Assembly: GCA_043228905.1 (NCBI GenBank) | Contig: JBHGNT010000016.1 | Coordinates: forward strand, 9,114,001-9,178,000 | DNA: 64,000 nucleotides | From: Azolla caroliniana | Lineage: Eukaryota > Plantae > Polypodiophyta | Reading direction: 5' to 3' | In this document: positions 13,598-23,580 of the stretch, one piece after another | Position numbering within the stretch: the first letter of the stretch is position 1 | Layout: each line of letters starts with the position of its first letter | The notes under the pieces: generated by a model | What the model was told of the DNA's origin: nothing | Databases searched by the model: none | What the model saw: the letters and a program-made list of their open reading frames with translations, nothing else | Position numbers and translations under genes: made by a program

Positions 13598-15412
13598 GTG
13601 TGCATACTTGTTACTTGGTTGTTTTTTATTTGAGTCTTTACTTAAAATATTTTTATTAATAATTACTTGTTTTTATGTATTTTATATGTACAGGAATCAT
13701 GTTGATTTTTGACAAGTTAACGACAATAGTGGTTGCAATTGGAGATCTTCAAAGTCATTGTAATTTTTATTATATATTGTTTACTATTTTGTTTTTTATT
13801 CGATTCTTTAAATTTGTTATTACGAATTACTAAATTCTTTTGCGTATTTTATACTTTCAGGAATCCCTTATTCAAACATTGGAAACAAAAAGTTGTATTA
13901 AGTTTACATATATGGTCTTACGGATTTGGAACTCTATTATATGGATTGTTGTTCTTAAGTTACATATATGGATTGTTACATATATAGATTTGAAGTTTGA
14001 ACTCTATTGTATGGATTTTTGTTATCGTTCCAAAAAACATTTATCTTTTTATGTTATATCTTATCATTTTCACAAATTAGCAATTTTCAGAAAATGTGTT
14101 GTAAATTTCTGAGATTTTATAGTGTTCTTTGATTTGGTTCAATTTATAGTTTCATGTTGGTTGGATTATGTCAAAAATAATTTGGTTTGGTTTGGTTTTG
14201 ATTTTTGATAAACCGGTTCAGTTTGGTTCTACATTTTACATAACCGGCTTGGTTTGGTTTGGTTTGGTTTCAAGGTCAAGAAACCGAAGCGAACTGAAAC
14301 CGAACCGCGCCCATTGCTACAGGTACCTAAGTATCCACTTTACTCTGGCCAATGTTCTCGTCCTAGATTACTCATGTATCATCGTACTACTCCCACAACA
14401 AATGCTATGTCTGGTCTCGTACAAACCATAGCGTACATCAAATTGTTGATGGCCAAGGCATACGATACTTTCCTCATCTCAACCTTTTCTGTCTCCCTTC
14501 TTAGGCATTACTTAGCATTCATCTCACAATTTGTCGGCAACACAGAGCTAACCGGCTTCGCTTCTGACATGTTGAATCTCTCCAAGATCTTTGTCATATA
14601 CTTATCTTGTGACAACCACAACACTTTCTTAGTTCTATCCCGAACTTTGTGCATCCCCAAAATCTGTTTGGCCGGTGTCGTAGTGTATTTTGTACACTAC
14701 GTGAAAAACTTATAAAGTACCAATTTAATAAATATGAATAAATAGTAGAAAATATTAAAATTTATATAACATGCATAGGGCAAGATTCGAACCTTGCACC
14801 TCCATGTTAATAATGTAATGTCTTACCATTACACTAGCATTTCATTTGTGTTTAAAAATAGATGTTCCACATAGAAAGCTTAGTTCACCTAGGATAAACT
14901 TTAGTTAAAAGAAAACGCATGCTAAAAGAAAAAGCTACACATGCACATCTAGCGTGCATGAACGCTATAGTTGATAAAAAAAAACGCACAAGTTAGAAAA
15001 AGCATGATCACTTTAGATAAAGCATATAGTCTATCTATAGGAAAAGCATGGGGTCTATAGTTAGAGAAAAAGCATGGATTACTAAGACTTCCTCATCACT
15101 ACATAAGGATGGGAAGCACAATGTAATTGTGTGTGAAAAATATTTGGAAATTGGATATATTTCCTAAAACACCAATTAATAAACTATACTCGTGGGATTC
15201 ACGAGATTTCTATATCTTTCTCTATCAATCTAAATACATATTCTTACATAAATATTAATCAATAAAATACATTATACTTGTGGGATTCACAAGTTTCTAA
15301 TAATCTATCCATTACTAGCCTCATCTCATATTCTTCTTTCTCCTAGTCCAAAACCCCAGTGGTTCCCACCCGACTCACGCAAACGATCCGGAGTCGAAAA
15401 GCATGACACAGT

Positions 15413-15430
15413 TGGTGAACCCGACGTGAA
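15413..15430 (+). promoter_or_regulatory. Primer binding site, tRNA-Trp
   Basis: TGGTGAACCCGACGTGAA matches the complement of the plant tRNA-Trp 3' end (recalled, not searched); identical 18-mer on the minus strand at 58840-58857. Confidence 0.85.
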
Positions 15431-15446
15431 GACGGGTGGCAAGGAG

Positions 15447-17228
15447 ATGGAGGCTCAACAAGCTAACAATATGATGGCGATGTTCGAACGAATGCTACAA
15501 GAACAACGCGAGATGTCGGAGATCACGACAGTAGTACAACGGCTCGTGCAACAGAACGGGCAATTCGATGGAAAGGACGTGTCACGCTATCTACGTGACT
15601 ACAAAATGGAGATGTTGCGATATGGTATCTCAGAAAGATTGCAAGTGTTATCTTTCAACCGGGTGGCTACGGATGAGCTTCAAGAGAGAATCCACGAGGT
15701 ACGGCAACAAAGCCCGATGTGGGAGTCCTTTGAAGAAGCTATACGAGACACATATGACTATCTAAGACCGAAGCGGACGAGGACATGGTCCACGAACGGC
15801 GGTCAACAGTGGGTGAAAAGCGGCCACCGACTACCACCGAAGGAGAGCTTGATGCGGAAGGGTTCGGAGATGCATGAAAAGTCGCAAGTCGACATTGAAG
15901 GGGAGCTTAAAACCGAACCAAAGTCGAGGCCAACAAAGGATGAGGAGGAGGAAGATCAAGGACAAAAGGGTATCCCCACACCGGTTCCAGAGACTTCGGC
16001 GGTTGTGCCCGTGCACCAACGTGAGACCGGAGAGACGAAATGTGTCGGCGGAAAAGTGGAGGACCGGAAGGGCAACGAGGAAGACAAAGTAAATGAGCAC
16101 GAACGAAGGGATTCCTTCACCATTGTTTCGGAGACTTCGGTACTCGAGCCCGGGTGTCGACATAACACCGAAGATAAGGAAAGTGGCGGCAACGAAACGA
16201 AGGTCGAAGCCGATGCATACGAAGGAGAGATAGCCAAGGAGAATATGGCTATGGGTGAAACAACGGAAGATGATAATACCGAGGATTCCTACCCACTAAT
16301 TCTAGAGACTTCAGCGGTTGTGTCCGAGAACCAACGTGAGACCGGAGAGACGAGAGGTGGCAGCAAGGAAGGTAAAGTCCGAAGCCGGTTCGGATGGAAG
16401 ATGATCCATCTGAAATTCCGATGTAAACAAAAGCATGACAACGCGAAGGTCGGGTCTACGATGGGAGAAGCATGTAATACGGAGCACGCACTACGGCACC
16501 AAAAGAAGCACGTGCTACGGCGTAAAAAGAAGCACGCGCTACGGTGCAAAAAGAAGCATGCACTACGGGGTAATACGACGCATGCACTACGATGGAATAC
16601 GAAGCATGCGCTACGGCCTAATACGACGCATGCGCAACATCGAGAAATAAAGCATGCATTAAAGCCGCACAAGGACCTAACAGCGAGCGCGTATTCGGAG
16701 GTCGACATCGACGCGTGGGTAGAACCTACGGAAGACAAGCGCGGAGTGGAGAGAGACAACACACCGAGATGCTCAAGAGTACCACAAGGGACCATGACAA
16801 CCACTCATGGCAATGCAAAGAATGAACGAAGATTATGGTGGATCGGATGGCGACAATGGTTCGGGTGGAAAGATTGGATGTGCTCAAAATGGAGAGACAA
16901 AGCCGACATAGCAAGAGAAACGGAGGGTACTACAAGTAAAGAAGAATTACGAGGGCTGGTAATTGGAGACTGGATAGAGCCTGCAATCGAACAAAACTGG
17001 AAACCGGGCGAAGTCGACAACCAAAAACGGGAGACCGAATGGGGCCGACAACCAAAAATGACCAGCGACGAAACCAACCATGCAGAGAATGGACGGACGA
17101 GACTAACAATCACCGACAACTTCGGCACATACCGGAGGATGTGCGGGTTCGGAGGGGGCGAGTGTCGTAGTGTATTTTGTACACTACGTGAAAAACTTAT
17201 AAAGTACCAATTTAATAAATATGAATAA
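15447..17228 (+). CDS. Gag N-terminal domain fused to a long novel charged, repeat-containing tail (593 aa)
   Basis: N-terminus GQFDGKDVSRYLRDY resembles GQFDGRNVTKFLDAY of the Gag at 58445-58804; uninterrupted frame, stop lies inside the 3' LTR. Confidence 0.8.
   Translation: MEAQQANNMMAMFERMLQEQREMSEITTVVQRLVQQNGQFDGKDVSRYLRDYKMEMLRYGISERLQVLSFNRVATDELQERIHEVRQQSPMWESFEEAIRDTYDYLRPKRTRTWSTNGGQQWVKSGHRLPPKESLMRKGSEMHEKSQVDIEGELKTEPKSRPTKDEEEEDQGQKGIPTPVPETSAVVPVHQRETGETKCVGGKVEDRKGNEEDKVNEHERRDSFTIVSETSVLEPGCRHNTEDKESGGNETKVEADAYEGEIAKENMAMGETTEDDNTEDSYPLILETSAVVSENQRETGETRGGSKEGKVRSRFGWKMIHLKFRCKQKHDNAKVGSTMGEACNTEHALRHQKKHVLRRKKKHALRCKKKHALRGNTTHALRWNTKHALRPNTTHAQHREIKHALKPHKDLTASAYSEVDIDAWVEPTEDKRGVERDNTPRCSRVPQGTMTTTHGNAKNERRLWWIGWRQWFGWKDWMCSKWRDKADIARETEGTTSKEELRGLVIGDWIEPAIEQNWKPGEVDNQKRETEWGRQPKMTSDETNHAENGRTRLTITDNFGTYRRMCGFGGGECRSVFCTLREKLIKYQFNKYE
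16475..16666 (+). repeat. 24-bp x8 in-frame tandem repeat encoding (KKKHALRx)-like units
   Basis: Units such as TAAAAAGAAGCACGCGCTACGGTG. Confidence 0.92.
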
Positions 17229-18075
17229 ATAGTAGAAAATATTAAAATTTATATAACATGCATAGGGCAAGATTCGAACCTTGCACCTCCATGTTAATAA
17301 TGTAATGTCTTACCATTACACTAGCATTTCATTTGTGTTTAAAAATAGATGTTCCACATAGAAAGCTTAGTTCACCTAGGATAAACTTTAGTTAAAAGAA
17401 AACGCATGCTAAAAGAAAAAGCTACACATGCACATCTAGCGTGCATGAACGCTATAGTTGATAAAAAAAAACGCACAAGTTAGAAAAAGCATGATCACTT
17501 TAGATAAAGCATATAGTCTATCTATAGGAAAAGCATGGGGTCTATAGTTAGAGAAAAAGCATGGATTACTAAGACTTCCTCATCACTACATAAGGATGGG
17601 AAGCACAATGTAATTGTGTGTGAAAAATATTTGGAAATTGGATATATTTCCTAAAACACCAATTAATAAACTATACTCGTGGGATTCACGAGATTTCTAT
17701 ATCTTTCTCTATCAATCTAAATACATATTCTTACATAAATATTAATCAATAAAATACATTATACTTGTGGGATTCACAAGTTTCTAATAATCTATCCATT
17801 ACTAGCCTCATCTCATATTCTTCTTTCTCCTAGTCCAAAACCCCAGTGGTTCCCACCCGACTCACGCAAACGATCCGGAGTCGAAAGGCACGACACCGGT
17901 CCAAGATCTTTCATGGCAAATGATTTGCCTAGTGCTTTCTTCAAGCTCACGATCCTCTTTGTGTCTTGTCCGAATATCAACATGTCATCCACATATAATA
18001 AGAGAATCAAGAAGTCACCTTCATTGTACCTTTTCACAAATACATAGTGGTATGCCTGTGTTTTGTGGAACCCGT

Positions 18076-19040
18076 TGTCGTGAAGTTATTGCTTCACGAT
18101 GTCAAAACAATGTGAAAAATCTATAGAAAGAAATTTCCTATATGGAGCTTGTGACGAGGAGCATGTGCAAATTTTTGTCTCGTGAATTGGACTTTAGGAG
18201 CCCAAGATACAAGCTTCAGAAGGATTAATGTTACTCGGGACACAAATGTAATTATGTCAAAAGGGGAAGTCGAAATTAAATAAGGGTTATTTTTGTAAAT
18301 TCTCAAATGTATAACTACAAAATCGAATTTGTAGAATACATAAATAAAAATAAATAGATAAATAATATACAATAAAAAAAATAAAAATAAAAAATAAAAC
18401 CTACATGAGGCAGTTGACAAACCGCCTCAGGAGGGTGGTAGGGCGGTTGACCACCCTATATAAGCCACGCCTATGGTGGCTAAAGAGAAAAGAGGAGAAA
18501 GAGAAGAAAAGGAAGGAAAAGCGAGTGAAGAAGCTCGCGTGGGTGTGGGACGCAGAGCTCGCCAAATAAGATGGTGACCTACATAAATCAAGACAAGAGT
18601 TAAAGAAAAGAAAGGAGATATAAGAAAAGGAAGAAGTTGAAGTGGTGTATCTCAAATGCCTCTTTGTAAACAAAAGGTTGTGAGTTTGAATCCTCTTAGA
18701 ATAACTTCTTTTGGTAATCAAATTTTGTAATATAAATTTAGTATATATAAAGTGAAAGACAAAGACAAATAAATGGAAACCAAGGAGATTGAAGTGGTCT
18801 ATCACAAATGCTTCTTCTCAAATAGAGTTTGTGAGTTCAAGCCTTGCCAAGTAACTTTTGGCAAATGAATATTATAAGTGGTTGTTTTACAAATAAAATT
18901 CTTTTCGCGACAACATCACATTTATCTTGCCTTCTCGGCTTCTTGTCATTGCACCATCTGCGATTATGCGTTTTCACCCCGATCATCCCCGAGTCACAGA
19001 ACCCTGACGGTTGCGACACACAACCACAATCTTCTCGACA
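18076..19040 (+). mobile_element. Solo LTR, 965 bp, TGTCGTGAAG clade, with 4-bp TSD CCGT
   Basis: TGTCGTGAAG..CTTCTCGACA; CCGT at 18072-18075 and 19041-19044; host frame FMMEHGFHK is restored on removal. Confidence 0.92.
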
Positions 19041-21047
19041 CCGTGTTCCATCATGAAGGATTCAAACTTCTTGTATCATTAATGTGGAGCTTGTTTCAAC
19101 CCATACAAGCTTTTCTTCAGTCAACACACCAGGTTCTCTTTCCCTTTCTCCTCAAAGCCTTCGGGTTGCTGCATGTAGATTTCTTCATCTAGCTCCCTGT
19201 GCAAGAATGTTGTTTTGACATCCAACTGTTCGATCTCGAGATCCATGCTAGCAGTTATGCTCAGAACAATTCTGATTGATGTCATCTTTACGAATGGTGC
19301 GAATATTTCATCAAAGTCGACACCCTTTTTTTGTTGAAAGCCCTTCACCACTATGCAGGCTTTATATCTGGGTGTGGTGTCGACTTCTCTAGTCTTCACC
19401 TTGTAGACCCACTTATTCCTGAATGCTCTCTTACCTTTTGGTAACTCTACTAGGTCACAAGTGTAATTTTTGTGCAAGGAATCCATCTCGTCTTGCATTG
19501 GACTCAACCATTTTTCTTTGTGCTCATTGGCTATGGCTTCTTCATAGCACTTAGGTTCACCTTCATTAGTCAAGAGGATGTATTGACTGACATATGTGGT
19601 CGGTGCTCTCTTTTCTTTGAGTGGATATCTCCTTCCACCCGTTGTCAGCTCCGGTTCAGATGTCTTTGTTGACTCTTCTCTTGGCACAGGTTCATACATG
19701 TCGATTGGTTGTCGATGGTCAACTAACCCTGACTTGTATTCATCGATCAACTTCAATAGGTCTGCCGACTCCGACTCATCTGTATTTGTCGGTTGTTCTG
19801 AGTGGAACAACTTGGATTTGGCTATGCCGACTAACTATCTTCGAACAACTAATTGTGTCGGTTTGACCGATCTTAAGTCAATGGTAGTGGGAGTCAAATG
19901 GGATGTCATTTCCAAGACTTGTTGCTTCCATTCCTCAATCGTCTTGTCTTACAAGAAGACCACATCCCGACTCCTCACTACCTTTTTGTTGACTAAGTCC
20001 CACAACTTGTAGTTGAACTCGTCCTTCGAGTATCCCATGAATATGTATGGTCTCAACTTACCGTGGAGCTTCGACCTCTGATCCTTAGCCACATGCATAT
20101 ACACTAAGCATCCGAACACCCTCAGGTGTCGGTAGGAGACATCATTTCCTGTCCACACCCTTTGTAGGTCATCACCTTTCAATGGCACTGAGGGAGACCT
20201 ATTGATCAAATAAACAATTGTGTACATCGCCTTAACCTAGTACGATTTTGGCAACTTAACATGCGACAACATGCTCCTTACTCTCTCCATGATTGTTCGA
20301 TTCATCCTCTCTGCAAGCCCATTCAACTTAGGGGTCTTCGACATTGTGTATTCGATTCAAATACCTTGGCCCTTGTAGTATTCTTTGAACTTCCCTCTAT
20401 ACTTGCCACAATTGTCTGTTCGAACAACCTTCAACTTTTGACTCGACTCTCTTTCAGCCCTTGCCTGGAACTCTTTAAAGAATGATAGGACTTGATCTTT
20501 CGACTTTAGTACGAAAGCCCACAACTTTCTACTGTAGTCGTCAATGAAAGTTACAAAGTACTCTCCACCTCGATGTGATGAAGCATCTACATAGTACACG
20601 TGGGCGTGCACTAGTTCCAGTATAACTTCTCTTCTTCTTGGTGGTCTTGTGTGGAATGCAGTTATGTTCTACTTTCCGACTAAGCAGTTGACACACTTCT
20701 CTAAGTGCACTCCTTTCACTTCTGGGAGAAGTTCCTAGTTGGCTAGGATATGCATTCCTTTTTCACTCATGTGGCCGAGCCTCTTATGCCATAACTCTCC
20801 ACTCGAGTCACCTGCCACATTTACTTCTGACTTGCACAGTCGGGCATGTATCATGTACAAAGTGCCCTCTTTCTGTGCTCGGGCAACTATGAAGTTTCCA
20901 CAACAGAGCTTCCATTTGCCATTTCAGAAGCTACCACTGTAGCCTTCGTCATCCAACCTTCCAGTCGATATTAGATTCAATTTGACCTCGGATTTGTAGC
21001 TATGTACAAGATCTCCTCTGCATTTGTAGCTATGGCTGATGTGCCCA

Positions 21048-23580
21048 CTCACCTCTATCAGCCACTATCTTGCCGATCCATCCATATCTGCAAATAACAT
21101 CTTCAAGAAGGAATCTACATACTGATGATGTCTCCTTAGTTCTCAATGCTCGCCCTTCAACTTGATTGGTAAGCTCCTCTCTTGCGAGCACAAGATACTT
21201 CATTTGCCATCGCCCCATTGGCATCATTACAATGTCCACCATCCACTTGTAATGCATAGCCAATAGGTAAGTCAGATGAAGTTCATCTCGATGGCGAACA
21301 TTCGAAAACATTTAACATTCCTTACATGTTTCCACGCAAGCTGCTACATCCTTGTAGATGCCCGGCCACCAATATTTCTCCTTAAGCTTCGCGAACGTAA
21401 CTCATATTCCTCGATGGCTTGCTCAAACACTATCATGAAATTTAGACATTAGTTTTTGTTGGTCTTCCAACTTGTAGACAACTCACATTGGAGTCCCATT
21501 CTTCTTCTTCGCATGCCTCCAAAGAGCTCCATCCTTAAGGAAATACTTGTACACCTTATTCCGAATTCGGTGGAAGTCTTCTGTCGACCAAGATTCATCT
21601 CTTTGGAGAGAACTCAGGCATTTTCCGATCTCCACGAAATTCACCTTCGTAGTCCTCTTCTATGAAAGTAGTTAGCACCTGAGCATAGGAACTTGTAAAG
21701 AAGTCCAAGCCAACATCCTCTTCATTAGAATGTTGATCTTCTTCTCTGTCGTATCTCGCTCGTGATAGCATGTCTGCATTACTCTTCCCAGCTACATGAC
21801 GGATCTCCGGGTTGAGTGATTTGATATATGCGACCCAACGTAACATGGCAATATCTAGTGTACTGCAACTAGATATTATGCCCAAGATTATGACTTCTGC
21901 TCCAATCAGTAGTCACGATCAGACTTGATCGCCGATACGATTCCCCACAACTCCCTCTTTACTTGGGCATACCTTCTTTGCCTGTCACTTAACACTCTCA
22001 TGCCAAACGGAATTGTGTATCGGTTGCAATCATCGTCTTCTTGGTTGATAACCCATTCGATTCTAGTTGGACTAGTATCCACGGTCACGAAAATGGGCTT
22101 GTCTTCTGAATAGTCCATCTTCCATAATTAGGTGTCTCCATCAATAATTTCTTCAGCCTTCGGATGGCGAAAGTATGCTCGCTCGTCCATTCAAACCTCT
22201 ACTTCTTCTTTAGCAGATTGTACAATGGCTCAACAATGTGGGTATAGTGTGGAATCCAAATATGATAAAACGCGCATGCTCCAAGGAACCTTCGAACCTC
22301 CGTTTGGGTTACGCATTCTTCTTTCATGTCTTGGATCGCATTCACCTTGGATAGCGAAGGCTTCCGGCTGTATGCTCCACACAAGTGACCTACCACCAAG
22401 ATCTATGGTTGCCCGAATGCGGACTTTTCTCCTGAAAATGTCAAATTCGCATCTTCGAGCCTTTGTAGCACCTTCTCGCAATCCTTCACATGATCTACAA
22501 TGAACTTTGTGCATCCATCCTTATCTTTCGATTCATCCTTCTTCTCATCCAAACATCCTGTTATTGGAATATCATCCAAGAAGGGCATTGTGATTCCCGG
22601 GATGCAATCCTTCAAGAACTTGTTCATGGCATTCACCATATGTGCCACCGAGTTCGTTCCACCTTGAGGTAAGGTACACATCCGCACAAGCCCGATCGTA
22701 GTCCTCATGGTTGTAATGTCACGACTGTTGACTGCCAACTGGAATTGACCGTATCTAGAGTAGAGATCGCCAATGGAGTAGATGGACCGGCCCGCAAACG
22801 GCTTGGCATATTCATCCACACTCGGACCGATTCCAACATTCCGAACAATCACCTTGTTTAAGGGTTGAAGATCTTGGATGAATTGCAACGATCCATTCTT
22901 CTTTGGCACTGTGAACCACCTATTAGAATAAGGAGCATTTGATGGTTCCATAATTCCCATATTCACCTTCTCCTTTAATAGCTTGATCAGTTTCGATAGG
23001 TGTGCTCTCGGAACTAGTATCAGTTTCAAATTCCAAGGCATATGTGTCACCGTGAAGGTCACCATCGGTTCTATCGTCCTTGGATCACCACATCCGATTT
23101 CCTATAAGGAAAATGCGAAAGGCTTCCCATATCTTTCAAGCATTCCGTGGAACATTCGCTCCTCTTTAGGGAGGAGAAAATCCTCCCTTCCAACTCGTAG
23201 CTTTTCTTTCGTCGCTTTAGTGAAGACGTGACCTATTGTCTTCAGATAACTATCTTCTGGTAGCAGAACTGCAACCGGATTGATCTTCCTATCCACATTT
23301 TATATTTTGTGTTGACTTCAGCTTCCTCCATCAAGATGCCTCGATGATATTCATTGATGACAACGTACATGTTGACGGAGTTAACCAAAATCACATGTTG
23401 ATCGCGAGGATAGCTCAAGTCCACAACTTCCTCGATTTCGCCGATGGTGTCGTTAAATGAGGCTTCTTCCAGAATATGAATCATGAATTCTTCTTCTCCG
23501 ATTATGCTTTCTTCTTTCAACACCTTCTCAAAGTCTTGTATCTGACGATTTTCACATTATTGCCGAAAATCTTCACGACA
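21048..23580 (-). mobile_element. Deleted Gypsy (Trp clade): RT-RNase H-INT fragment fused to the first ~35 bp of its 5' LTR
   Basis: RT LPQGGTNSV..FLDDIPI (22403-23065); close paralog of 54919-56538; LTR terminus ..AAATCTTCACGACA at 23546-23580. Confidence 0.88.

Larger units (their letters stand above)
8510..14319 (+). mobile_element. hAT-superfamily DNA transposon, full length
   Basis: TIR TAGCAATGGGC(A/G)CGGTT at both ends; 8-bp TSD CAAGTACC / CAGGTACC; AACCG/GGTTT subterminal repeats; internal transposase. Confidence 0.95.
14676..17895 (+). mobile_element. Complete young non-autonomous gag-only Gypsy-type LTR element, 3220 bp
   Basis: Two 733-bp LTRs (14676-15408 and 17163-17895), nearly identical by eye; Trp PBS; PPT GGAGGGGGCGAG at 17151-17162; 4-bp TSD CCGG; no pol. 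Confidence 0.95.
6756..20990 (-). mobile_element. Copia element D, 3' part (INT, RT, RNase H, PPT, 3' LTR), split by four nested insertions
   Basis: 3' LTR 6756-7440; PPT 7441-7450; RNase H (LSTKEVEYMA, HCDSQNA); RT (LYVDDMLI, QLDVKTTFLH); INT (YFVTFIDDYSRK). The reading frame rejoins across the insertions at 7827, 8510, 14676 and 18076. Confidence 0.9.
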
